From: a virus
Virus record (IMG/VR): IMGVR_UViG_3300027804_000039
Coordinates: 127,096 to 191,095 of that record
Length of the DNA stretch: 64,000 nucleotides
Strand: one strand, 5' to 3'
Translations under genes and position numbers: made by a program
Notes under the pieces: model-generated
Seen by the model: only the letters and a program-made list of their open reading frames with translations
Database searches by the model: none
What the model was told of the DNA's origin: nothing
Shown: piece by piece, positions 37,455 to 46,561 of the stretch
Layout: every line of letters begins with the position of its first letter
Numbering within the stretch: the stretch's first letter is position 1

Positions 37455-38077
37455 TATTTTACTCCAACAGTTTTAGCTGTTGGCTTTTTAGTCTTAACGC
37501 TGCCAACGGGGCTCTTTGAATTGATCTTTGCCGCATCTGAAGATTTACTTTCTTCCTTTGGCATACTTTTTGCTAGGATAGCATCGTTAACACCTGTGTA
37601 TTGTTCAAGTGTCTTGGAATCTTTTGTTAATTGTTTTAGTAGACTCATCTTTTGCTTTTCGCCTACTAATTTTTGACCTTCTGAACTGCTATCGTAATCT
37701 TTACCTAAAAGTGCTTCTCCGCTCTTTTCATCGTTTGCATGATTTAATGCAATCTCTGCTTCTTCCATTGGTGTGCGAACTTTAACACTTTCTAATGTGC
37801 AACGGCATTTTTCTGCAATAGCTGCACGAACAGTTGCGCTATTTGTAGGGTAAGCAGTACATACATCAAAAATAGTAACATTAGTGTTTTTGTGATTAGG
37901 AAAGTCTGCGTGTGTTTCTGCAATAGGCAAACGCTTGCCTGCTGAACAACTTTCAACTTTGTAAGGTGCTAATGCTAGTTTGATAGCTTCTGCGGCATTT
38001 TTGTAATCGCCAGCAAGTTTAACTTTAAATTCGTAAACTTTCTTGCTTTCCATTAAGTATTCGGTAAATGATCTCAT
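37454..38077 (-). CDS. Virion protein with a capsid-targeting-like N-terminus
   Basis: MRSFTEYLMES start with AGGA RBS. Confidence 0.7.
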   Translation of the reverse strand: MRSFTEYLMESKKVYEFKVKLAGDYKNAAEAIKLALAPYKVESCSAGKRLPIAETHADFPNHKNTNVTIFDVCTAYPTNSATVRAAIAEKCRCTLESVKVRTPMEEAEIALNHANDEKSGEALLGKDYDSSSEGQKLVGEKQKMSLLKQLTKDSKTLEQYTGVNDAILAKSMPKEESKSSDAAKINSKSPVGSVKTKKPTAKTVGVK

Positions 38078-38094
38078 AGTTTTATCCTGATACA

Positions 38095-38589
38095 TTATTT
38101 ATTCATATTTTTAAGTTTTTCAATAAGGCTATTGCGGTCTGTAATAATAACGCCGTCGCCATTAAGGTTTATTCCGTGATCCTCACCGCCTGAAGCGTCT
38201 TGATCTAGTTTTTGTTTCTTTAGTTGAAGCTCAATCATTTTGAGCTTTTTATCAACTTTAGCCGCTTTTGCATCAATGGCGTTCTTTAGCATAGTGCCAG
38301 CAACTTCAAAAATACGTGCTGAATATCGTGCTTCTACGTTCATACCTAAATCAATTAAATCGTCATAGGCATCTGTAGCACGTTGAGCAAGTGCATCAAA
38401 TTCTGCATCGCTTACATCACCTAAGCCCTTAACTTGTGGTAAAGCTGCGCTAATTTTATCAAATTCTGACATATCGCGCAAGAACGGTTGAGCCTTAGCA
38501 ATTTCTGCTTTTGCTGCTTTCTTTTCTTCATCCTTTATGAGTTTTTTGCTCTCAGGAAGATTTAGTAGTTCTTCAAGTTTTTTAGTCAT
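38095..38589 (-). CDS. gp16: Terminase small subunit (gp16-like)
   Basis: Helical; ARIFEVAGTMLK resembles the gp16 RxxEVAxxLxK core; near the large subunit. Confidence 0.6.
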   Translation of the reverse strand: MTKKLEELLNLPESKKLIKDEEKKAAKAEIAKAQPFLRDMSEFDKISAALPQVKGLGDVSDAEFDALAQRATDAYDDLIDLGMNVEARYSARIFEVAGTMLKNAIDAKAAKVDKKLKMIELQLKKQKLDQDASGGEDHGINLNGDGVIITDRNSLIEKLKNMNK

Positions 38590-38596
38590 ATTTTAC

Positions 38597-39028
38597 TTAT
38601 GCATTATGGAACATATCATTTTCGTTAATGATGCGGAATTTTATACCCTGCTGTCTGCACCATATATTAGCCGCTGCCCACTTAGCTTGATTTTTTACAT
38701 ACTGGGCTTGATTGTACTTGTTTTTGCCCACACGCTCTAAGATTGTCTGACTTGCTGGTTTAATTTCTATTAGTTCAACGTGAGTTTTACTAAATTTATC
38801 AACATATTGAATGAAAAAGTCGGGTACATAAACTGTTTGCTTTCCAGTCAACGGATCTCTGTACGGAATTTGAATTGCTTCGCTGGCCCACTTCTGCACA
38901 CTTTCATTTGTATCGCAAAAGGTCATAAAACTATACTCCCAGCTGCTACGATATGTAGGACTCTTTGTTCCTACATACTTTCCTGGGTTTTTCATTGTGA
39001 ACTTGCCTTTTGCAAACTTAGTAGCCAT
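38597..39028 (-). CDS. gp4: Head completion nuclease (gp4/TnsA-like)
   Basis: YRSSWE, WASE, YVPDF, LIEIKP. Confidence 0.88.
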   Translation of the reverse strand: MATKFAKGKFTMKNPGKYVGTKSPTYRSSWEYSFMTFCDTNESVQKWASEAIQIPYRDPLTGKQTVYVPDFFIQYVDKFSKTHVELIEIKPASQTILERVGKNKYNQAQYVKNQAKWAAANIWCRQQGIKFRIINENDMFHNA

Positions 39029-39390
39029 TACAATAAGATATTTCTACTTTCGTATTCGTCTTCGACTGATGCAATACGATAGCCCAACGCACTAATGTTT
39101 TCTCTATAAGCATTTAACACTTGTGCTACAACTTGACTCAATTGAACATCTGATAATGTCTTTAGTGTGTCGATCATTTGAAAAACATTAACATTGTCTT
39201 CTTTTGCTTGGTTCAACAGTACGATACTGGTGCTACGAGCACTTTCCTGATCAAAGCCGTGTTTTTCAAAGAAACTAACTACTGCATCAATTTGATTACT
39301 AGGAAATGTTATTTGATTTACATAAAACTTATCAAAGAACTGTCTTACATCTACTACTGCCGATTCTTGTGTTGGTAAATTTCCTGACAT
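39028..39390 (-). CDS. Hypothetical virion-associated protein
   Basis: 120-aa ORF in the structural operon. Confidence 0.75.
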   Translation of the reverse strand: MSGNLPTQESAVVDVRQFFDKFYVNQITFPSNQIDAVVSFFEKHGFDQESARSTSIVLLNQAKEDNVNVFQMIDTLKTLSDVQLSQVVAQVLNAYRENISALGYRIASVEDEYESRNILL

Positions 39391-39391
39391 G

Positions 39392-40378
39392 TTATCCGCC
39401 TACCTTTGTTTGTGTTGCTATTACTGTTTGATTATTAGTTGAGACTGTTGGAAAACTAAATCCTTGAAGGCCGCTAGTACTAGTAGTTGCCTGTGCTGTT
39501 GTTAAAGATTTTAAGTTTCCAGAGTTTTGATTTTCTTTTGTATTCTGATAAGTGTTAATTTGTGTTGTCACTGTGTTTAAAACTTGTGTTCCGTCTAATG
39601 TTGGACTTTGTGTAAATGTAGGAGATTGTTTACCCGAGCCGTCTCCACTTTGTAGTGAGCTTGGTGTTTGGTCATACTGCTGGAATCCAAACCCTTCTGG
39701 ATCTCCAGTGGTTACTTCTCCATATGCATAAGCTACTGATTCAAATGCAAGGCCCATAGTAAAGTCGTGGATTCCTGGTTGCGATGAATCTAATTTATTA
39801 TGATTAAATGACGTAATTAACGGATTGACCAGTGTATAACTAACATACTCATGTCTGGCCATTTGATAAATTGTGATGTAGTTAAAAAACGGATTTGTAG
39901 AACCGTTGTCTAGACCGTAAGGAGTAGTTATAAAATTTGAATTACGTGTGGCGTTTCTTCTATATGCACCTGGTGTTGATGCACTATTAGTATCAGCATA
40001 GTAGTAACTGTAATAGTTTTGCCATAACTGATTAATAAGTCCCATGTTATCGTCATGGAAAGTAATACTAAGATTTTCGTATTTGTGTGTAGTTTGTATA
40101 ACTTTTTTTCTGTTATACTGATTTAAAGTTTCTGCGCTAACTTTAAACTGAGGAAGGTCAACGGCTTTAACTAATACATTTATTTCATTTCTATAACGTT
40201 CAACTAAGTCAATATTCCTTAATGCAGCAGGATTGATACTGAATGCAACATGGAATAAAAATTTATGTTTAGGAGCAAGTCTAAACTGATCATCAGTAAA
40301 GATGCGAGCAGCATGTTGCCAATCTTTTAAGGTAACATTGCTAGGTGAATATAGAAAACTATTAGGTGTAAAGGCCAT
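39392..40378 (-). CDS. Tail tube paralogue / tube initiator (gp19/gp48/gp54 family)
   Basis: VKAVDLPQF...ITFHDD; directly after the tail tube gene. Confidence 0.65.
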   Translation of the reverse strand: MAFTPNSFLYSPSNVTLKDWQHAARIFTDDQFRLAPKHKFLFHVAFSINPAALRNIDLVERYRNEINVLVKAVDLPQFKVSAETLNQYNRKKVIQTTHKYENLSITFHDDNMGLINQLWQNYYSYYYADTNSASTPGAYRRNATRNSNFITTPYGLDNGSTNPFFNYITIYQMARHEYVSYTLVNPLITSFNHNKLDSSQPGIHDFTMGLAFESVAYAYGEVTTGDPEGFGFQQYDQTPSSLQSGDGSGKQSPTFTQSPTLDGTQVLNTVTTQINTYQNTKENQNSGNLKSLTTAQATTSTSGLQGFSFPTVSTNNQTVIATQTKVGG

Positions 40379-40428
40379 AAAATTATTTATCCGGTATAAT
40401 TAACTGAGTAGTTAATGATTAACCATAA

Positions 40429-40457
40429 AATAACCCACTTACGTGGGTTATTCTTTT
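40429..40457 (-). terminator. Intrinsic terminator
   Basis: AATAACCCAC-TTAC-GTGGGTTATT. Confidence 0.7.
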
Positions 40458-41080
40458 TACCTTGCTCCAGCTGCTGTTGCCGCTGTTCCAGCACGTCTTG
40501 ATGTTGGTGCTGATGCTCCGCCTGTTGTTTGAATACAGTTATCTGGTTGAATAGTCAAGTCAATGGTCAACATTTCTTGGTTACCGTAACCAATTGTGTT
40601 GTAGTTTGCTTGACGTACATAGCAACCATAGCATTCCCATGTTTCAAGAATGTTTGGTGTTTGTGCGCCGTTACCACCGTCTAACATTTCAATACGCATT
40701 AGGAACTTGTAGTCACCGCCTGATGCCGCACTTGATTGTTCAAAGAAGTCAAACTGCTTTTGCATTTGCTCGCCGACTAGTTTGCTTACTTGACCAGTTA
40801 CATCATCGCGTAACTTAATAGTAAGTTCGTTCCATTTAGGACGTCCTGCATAGTTAATTGTCGAGTTGTAGACCTGGATCATTTGGTTATCAAATGTAAC
40901 GTTTGGTCTTGCAGCATCTTGAACTTGCTTTGTTAGTTCTGTTGTTGGTGTTGATACTCCAAAGTTTTCAAACATCACTCTAAAGCGATATTTTAGCTTT
41001 GGCATCAACATACCTTGAGCAGTTGCTGATTGATCAGTTGCTAAAGGTACTGTAAATTTTGATAAACTTGCGATTGCCAT
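40457..41080 (-). CDS. gp19: Tail tube protein (gp19-like)
   Basis: PKLKYRFRV, RPNVTF, YAGRPKW, TWECYGC; follows the sheath gene. Confidence 0.85.
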   Translation of the reverse strand: MAIASLSKFTVPLATDQSATAQGMLMPKLKYRFRVMFENFGVSTPTTELTKQVQDAARPNVTFDNQMIQVYNSTINYAGRPKWNELTIKLRDDVTGQVSKLVGEQMQKQFDFFEQSSAASGGDYKFLMRIEMLDGGNGAQTPNILETWECYGCYVRQANYNTIGYGNQEMLTIDLTIQPDNCIQTTGGASAPTSRRAGTAATAAGAR

Positions 41081-41099
41081 TTTCTATGCTCCGTTGTTA

Positions 41100-44000
41100 T
41101 TATGCTAGGCCCTTGATTTCGCCAGTGTTCTTCAAGCGTAGTGGAATGTAGATAAATTCAACTGCTTTAACTGGTTCAATCGCAACGTCTAGGTAAAGTT
41201 CATTACGATCAATTCTTGCTGGTGTATTATTGCTTGTATCGCAAACTACAATGTAGTCGTATAGAGCACGTTGTCCAACTAATTCTAATAGTAGACTTTC
41301 AACAGCACCTTTCAATTCGTCTCGTGTTACTTTGTCGTTTGGTTCAAACACATATGGTTTAGCCAATAGTGAGAATTGACGACGTAGATAAACTACTAAA
41401 CGTGCCACGTTAATACGATCTAGTGCGCTGGCATTTCTAGCACGAGTATACTGTCCGTAGTTAACAAGACCTGTTCCTGTAATGAATGTTATTGGGTTAA
41501 TCTTGCTTTCAGCAAGTGTATCACGCTGTCCAGTATTCAATGATACTGATTGGAACTCACCTTCGCTGGTAATATAACCAACTGCTGTTGCATTAGTAAT
41601 TCCACCACGACGTGTACCTGCTGGTGCAAACCATGGATAGCTAACTTGATCGTTTAACGCAATAGTGCGTAAAATCATGTGGCTTGGCGGAACAACAATG
41701 TTGTTTCCAACGTTATCGCTTGTGTATCCCCATGGATAAAATACTCCAAGATATTCGTCACTGCTGACTAAACCTTGGTCGTTGTCTTCAACTGCACCTG
41801 CTACGTTCTTACCCCAATTGTTAAGTGTTGTAGCATCTGGTGTCAAGCGGGCTGGTGTGTCGCCAACTACAAATGCAGTTAAACCTCTATCGTAGTTTAA
41901 TGTTAGCATTTCACCAATAAGTTCTGGGTAACCTGGGCAAGCAATTAAGTTGAAAATACGTGATTCTTCGTCACGGATTTGTTGGTTACTATTAATCAAT
42001 GCTTGTAAAGATTGTACAACAACTTTACGTTGTGCTTTGCGTCCAAATGTACCAGCACCGTTGTCTTGGTTGCCTGACTCAGTTACCCAACGATTAGCAT
42101 AGTAGCTGCTCATACTAGCATCATCTTGTCTTGGGTTGTCAGCTGTTACATCAACGTAATTGTGAACAAACTTCTTAACGTTGAACCCTGAACGACGTAA
42201 GTTCCATAGCAACATACCACGTGGATATAATGCAGGATCTGGTGCGTCAAAGTCTAAGAAATCACTTTCTAGTAATTCAACGATTGTTGATGCATCACTA
42301 GATGCGCCTGTTGTTGCCCAACGTGCATCAGCAAAAATAATACCGTCTTGTGTTGTTTGGTCGCTTGTATCAACAGCAACCCACTTACCTAAATCCTTGT
42401 TGTATTTGTACAATGAAGGATAATTTTCTAAATCGCTAGTGTCAACCCATAAGTCACCAGACACAAGTGAAGTTCCGTCAGATTGTGTCTTTGGTTTAGT
42501 AGCACTGACAATTGGTCCTTTTGGATCTGTTAAATCGTCTTCTACACCTGAATAATATGGTGATGCAACGGCAGAAATTCCTGTGCCATCGTATTTAAAT
42601 CCAACCCATGCTTCGCCGTTGTGTACTAGAACATCAACTTCGTCAACCATAGAATTGTACCATAATCTTCCGTCTTCTGCTTCGGTAGTTGGAGCATCTG
42701 CACTTGTAGAAATTGCTGGGTATGGGCTCCATAAAGATGCAACATAACCAGTTCCAGTACTGTTGTCATAGAAGTTAACAGTTCCTTGGCCAACACCATT
42801 TCCGTCAACTGTGTATGGTGTAAATAGGTCTGTTATAGGTGTTTCATCAGTTTCAACAAACACAATATCGCCGCCTTCGTTGTGGCGGATCAGTGCTGTA
42901 CCAGTAGTTGTTTTTGATGCAAGGATCTTTGAAGTAATTGGACTGCTACCCCATGTTGCATCAGCTAATTTAGCTGTAAGTGCTGCAATAAATGTGTCAA
43001 TATCAGCAGATGCATTAATAGAACCACCTAGTGCTGTAAATGAAACAGTTAGTGCATCAGATAATGTTGCTTTTCCTTTAACTGATTCTCTAATAGTGAA
43101 TTCGTTATTACCTGCTGTAAAACCTGTAAATGAAGAACTAGAAGCAATTTCTGTTGCACCTGATGCCTTACGTGCATATACTTTAAAGTTAGCATTAGCC
43201 ACGTTATCTTGTGCGTTAAGTGCTTCGTTTACGTTTGTTTTTACATATAAAGCACTTTGAGTTAAATTGATTCCGCCGCCTGCTGAATCTAAACCTTTTA
43301 GAGCATCTGCATTTGATGCGTATAACGGAGCTGTCTTTTCTGTCCAGCTACCAGTCACTTCATTGTATACTTTGATTCTCCAACGAGCGCCAAGGTTTGG
43401 ATCAGTAGTTTTGACCCATACAGAACCTGTTGGATATCCTTGAACAGTTGAGCTATTCTCTGAACGCTTAAATGTTGGAACTGTATAGTGAGGGCTTGTT
43501 TTTAGTGTTGGAGCAACAAAGTTTCCTGAACTAGCCCATGAACCGTTGCCATCTGGTACTAGTCTTAATTTTTCTACAGAAGTACCGCTAACACTAAAGT
43601 TCTCGCCTGCTGTGTATAACTCTAATCTTCCGTTAATAACTGCTGCTGTAATTCCATCTGCAGGAGTTGTATTAATGTCGCTTACTAAAGATGCTACTGT
43701 TGTGTGTCCAGTATAACTGCTAGTATTGCCATCAACTGTAATTGATAGTGTGTCTCCACTTAATAAAGTTGACGGTGTTGCTAAACTTTGTGCTGCTGGC
43801 CAGCTCTTGATCCAGTTTGAACTACCTACTGCTACCCACGCACCTGTTGCTGGGCCTGCTGTACCTGTATTTCCCTTTTTAAAGAACAAGGTGTAAGTTG
43901 CGTCGTTAAGCACCAGTGCATAATCTCCAACTGCACCAATGCTTGCTTTAGGTGCGCCTGCATCGATATCAGCGGCTTCAGTAATTACTAACGGGATTTT

Positions 44001-44495
44001 ATTGCTAAATGTTTGTCCGCCAGTGACTGTTGCTTCTGAGCTGTTCCATTGGAAAATACCAAAATTAGTGCTACTTGTGTCAAACCACAATGTGCCGTCT
44101 GCTGGTGAACCTGCTGGCGCTTCTGCACTGGCATTTAGTTGACCTAAGTCAATATCTGCTCGAACAACATACGCACGATTGCTTACGCCTAAGTAGCTGT
44201 ATGCTGCTTGGAGACCATATTCGTTTTGCTCTCCAGCGTGAATTGGATTATTGTTAGCATCAGTTTTAAATGCTGGTGTGCCAAAGGTGTCTGACAAGTC
44301 TTTCTGACTAGTCATTAGGTATACTTTACCAGCGTTAGCAGCAGTAGTACCTGCAGCTGTACCTGTTGAAGAACCGTTTGCTTTGTCTTGCTCAGTTGCT
44401 ACAATAATTAATGGTGTTGTGCCAGGTGCGGCAGATGTATAAAAACTCTCGTCAATAACTGTTACGCTTACGCCTGGTGAATTAAGTTGGGCCAT
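41100..44495 (-). CDS. gp18: Contractile tail sheath protein (gp18-like) with large insertion
   Basis: SPGVSVTVIDES N-terminus; IACPGY, PWFAPAG, RINVARL, FEPND, KAVEFIYI. Confidence 0.93.
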   Translation of the reverse strand: MAQLNSPGVSVTVIDESFYTSAAPGTTPLIIVATEQDKANGSSTGTAAGTTAANAGKVYLMTSQKDLSDTFGTPAFKTDANNNPIHAGEQNEYGLQAAYSYLGVSNRAYVVRADIDLGQLNASAEAPAGSPADGTLWFDTSSTNFGIFQWNSSEATVTGGQTFSNKIPLVITEAADIDAGAPKASIGAVGDYALVLNDATYTLFFKKGNTGTAGPATGAWVAVGSSNWIKSWPAAQSLATPSTLLSGDTLSITVDGNTSSYTGHTTVASLVSDINTTPADGITAAVINGRLELYTAGENFSVSGTSVEKLRLVPDGNGSWASSGNFVAPTLKTSPHYTVPTFKRSENSSTVQGYPTGSVWVKTTDPNLGARWRIKVYNEVTGSWTEKTAPLYASNADALKGLDSAGGGINLTQSALYVKTNVNEALNAQDNVANANFKVYARKASGATEIASSSSFTGFTAGNNEFTIRESVKGKATLSDALTVSFTALGGSINASADIDTFIAALTAKLADATWGSSPITSKILASKTTTGTALIRHNEGGDIVFVETDETPITDLFTPYTVDGNGVGQGTVNFYDNSTGTGYVASLWSPYPAISTSADAPTTEAEDGRLWYNSMVDEVDVLVHNGEAWVGFKYDGTGISAVASPYYSGVEDDLTDPKGPIVSATKPKTQSDGTSLVSGDLWVDTSDLENYPSLYKYNKDLGKWVAVDTSDQTTQDGIIFADARWATTGASSDASTIVELLESDFLDFDAPDPALYPRGMLLWNLRRSGFNVKKFVHNYVDVTADNPRQDDASMSSYYANRWVTESGNQDNGAGTFGRKAQRKVVVQSLQALINSNQQIRDEESRIFNLIACPGYPELIGEMLTLNYDRGLTAFVVGDTPARLTPDATTLNNWGKNVAGAVEDNDQGLVSSDEYLGVFYPWGYTSDNVGNNIVVPPSHMILRTIALNDQVSYPWFAPAGTRRGGITNATAVGYITSEGEFQSVSLNTGQRDTLAESKINPITFITGTGLVNYGQYTRARNASALDRINVARLVVYLRRQFSLLAKPYVFEPNDKVTRDELKGAVESLLLELVGQRALYDYIVVCDTSNNTPARIDRNELYLDVAIEPVKAVEFIYIPLRLKNTGEIKGLA

Positions 44496-44600
44496 CTTGT
44501 GATCTCCGTGAATACTATTCCTAATTGTATTTAGTGTATTTTGGTTTTTTATCAGGGTTAACCGCCTAGAAAAAGGTTCTAAAAAGGCTTAAATATACAC

Positions 44601-44927
44601 ATGAGACCGTTATGTTCGTGTGGAAGACATCCTGTAGCAATCAATTACTACAAAGAAGGCAAGGCGTTTTATAGAAAACGCTGTGGGTATTGCCTACGGG
44701 GTATAACCGCACCTAGATGGCAAAGTGCTGGCTACAAAATGAAAAACACTTGCGATAAATGCGGGTTTAAAAGCATCCATCGCGAAGTGTTTAATGTATT
44801 TCACGTTGACGGAGATTTAAACAACTGCCGTCATAATAATTTAAAAACTGTATGTTCTAATTGCCAACGAGTCCTGCATAAAGAGGGCGTTCGCTGGCGT
44901 CAAGGGGATCTGACACCAGATCTCTAA
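44601..44927 (+). CDS. Small HNH endonuclease
   Basis: CxC, CxxC and CDKC Zn motifs; FHVDGDLNN...VCSNCQ; TAAATA 5 nt before ATG. Confidence 0.85.
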   Translation: MRPLCSCGRHPVAINYYKEGKAFYRKRCGYCLRGITAPRWQSAGYKMKNTCDKCGFKSIHREVFNVFHVDGDLNNCRHNNLKTVCSNCQRVLHKEGVRWRQGDLTPDL

Positions 44928-45540
44928 TCTTTGCATATAAGTCATCAATACTGCCGTCGTTTTCTAACTCAGCATCGAATTTAGTCCCTACCCAAGCAGT
45001 TTCACTGGCATGGATCCCTAACTTCTCAAGTCTGGCTTTGCTAGTTGACCAAGTAAAATTCTGTACTTCACCTTTGTTTGCGCTAAGTGCCGCATCGTAC
45101 CACTCGGGTAATTCTCCGCGTTTTACCCAAACAATGCTGCCTCCGGCATCTTTGATTGATTTGATTTCGTTAGGGAAACGACAGTCGCTGATAACAATGT
45201 CGTCTTTGCTGTTTCTAAGTTTATTTTCTAAACTAGCAATCCAAATATCATCATGAAAGCCTCTACGGCATACTTCGGTGCCCCATAACTGTAACATTAA
45301 ACGCGGAGTAAGAGTAGGCATGTTTAAGCGTTCGGCCCACCAAGGATCTACTTGTTCGCGCCATTCTCGGGCTTGTTTTGTGCGTCCTTCTAGTAATGTT
45401 CTGTCCCAACCAAACACGTTGGCAACAGCATCTTTCAAACTGTTAGCAAAACTTTCTCGCCTAAAACCGTGGAAATTAACTAGATAGTCAGCAACTGTAT
45501 CTTTGCCTGAACCAATAAAACCGCATACACCAATAATCAT
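44857..45540 (-). CDS. gp1: Deoxynucleoside monophosphate kinase (gp1-like)
   Basis: GFIGSGKDTVA, FANSLKD, PRLMLQLWGTE, ISDCRFPNE, HASE. Confidence 0.9.
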   Translation of the reverse strand: MIIGVCGFIGSGKDTVADYLVNFHGFRRESFANSLKDAVANVFGWDRTLLEGRTKQAREWREQVDPWWAERLNMPTLTPRLMLQLWGTEVCRRGFHDDIWIASLENKLRNSKDDIVISDCRFPNEIKSIKDAGGSIVWVKRGELPEWYDAALSANKGEVQNFTWSTSKARLEKLGIHASETAWVGTKFDAELENDGSIDDLYAKIRDLVSDPLDASERPLYAGLVGN

Positions 45541-45609
45541 AGAGCCCTCCGCAATTGATGCTAGTATATAACACTTTTATTACAAGAGCAAAATTTTTTT
45601 AGCCAAATG

Positions 45610-46557
45610 TTAGGTTGTGTTGGCTGCGATTGCGTGGTTTTGGCTGTATGACCACACTCCTGATATATTATAAGCGTTTGAATTCCAATTCATTTTGAAT
45701 CTAAAATATTCAATGCCTTCAGTGGTACCGTCTCTCCCAACGCCAGCAGCAAACCACATGTATAACCCGCCGTAACTGTCCCAGAAACCATTAAAGGTCA
45801 TATAATAAGTAAGGTCCGTACCAGGTGTTATTGCAGTACCTGTTGAGGGGGTTGCTAGTTCCATTGTTCCCCAGTTTTGAAAATTATAAAATAAGTTAGC
45901 AGTACTGTAAACAGTATTCAATGGCAACAGTACTCTGCAATAATAATTTCGACCGGCACTAGGATTGCTTGGGTTCGTTTCTGTGGGAATAGTCCAAGAA
46001 GCATTTTGATAAACGCCTGCTGTTTCATTGAAAATGTCAATAACAAATCTAAATTTATAGCAGGTAACAGTTGAACTTGTAGCTATAATATTGCCTGTTG
46101 TAGCATTTCTTGTTCGTATGTTTATGCTAAACGTTGTGTTGGTTGCTGTATCGCTAGTATTTGATGTTGTTGTATTTGCATAGACTGCCTTGGTAAATGT
46201 TGCACCTTGTCTACCTATTCTGCCAGTAAGACTATCTGTTGTACTGGTGCTTCCATCTGGATTAGTATACCAAGCATTTGCAGCGTTAGATCTTCCCGAT
46301 TGATAAAACCTAGCTTGTTCAGCGCCAGAGCCTGTGATTTGCCAATAAATTTCTTCGCCGTTAGTCCTTGCAAATACAGTGATAGGAATTTTATCACTGT
46401 AGTAACCAGATTCATTGTTTGCATCAAATAAGTTTTGAAACCCTTGACTTGCTGGGAATAAGCCACCGTTTTCTGCAACAACAGTTCTGCCTAATGTTAT
46501 AGTTGCATATGGGTTATGTTTGACGCCTGGTTTTGATATGCTACCCATTCTTGCCAT
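45610..46557 (-). CDS. Tail-fibre-associated/receptor-binding-like protein
   Basis: Thr/Asn/aromatic-rich beta protein directly after the fibre gene. Confidence 0.6.
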   Translation of the reverse strand: MARMGSISKPGVKHNPYATITLGRTVVAENGGLFPASQGFQNLFDANNESGYYSDKIPITVFARTNGEEIYWQITGSGAEQARFYQSGRSNAANAWYTNPDGSTSTTDSLTGRIGRQGATFTKAVYANTTTSNTSDTATNTTFSINIRTRNATTGNIIATSSTVTCYKFRFVIDIFNETAGVYQNASWTIPTETNPSNPSAGRNYYCRVLLPLNTVYSTANLFYNFQNWGTMELATPSTGTAITPGTDLTYYMTFNGFWDSYGGLYMWFAAGVGRDGTTEGIEYFRFKMNWNSNAYNISGVWSYSQNHAIAANTT

Positions 46558-46561
46558 ATGA

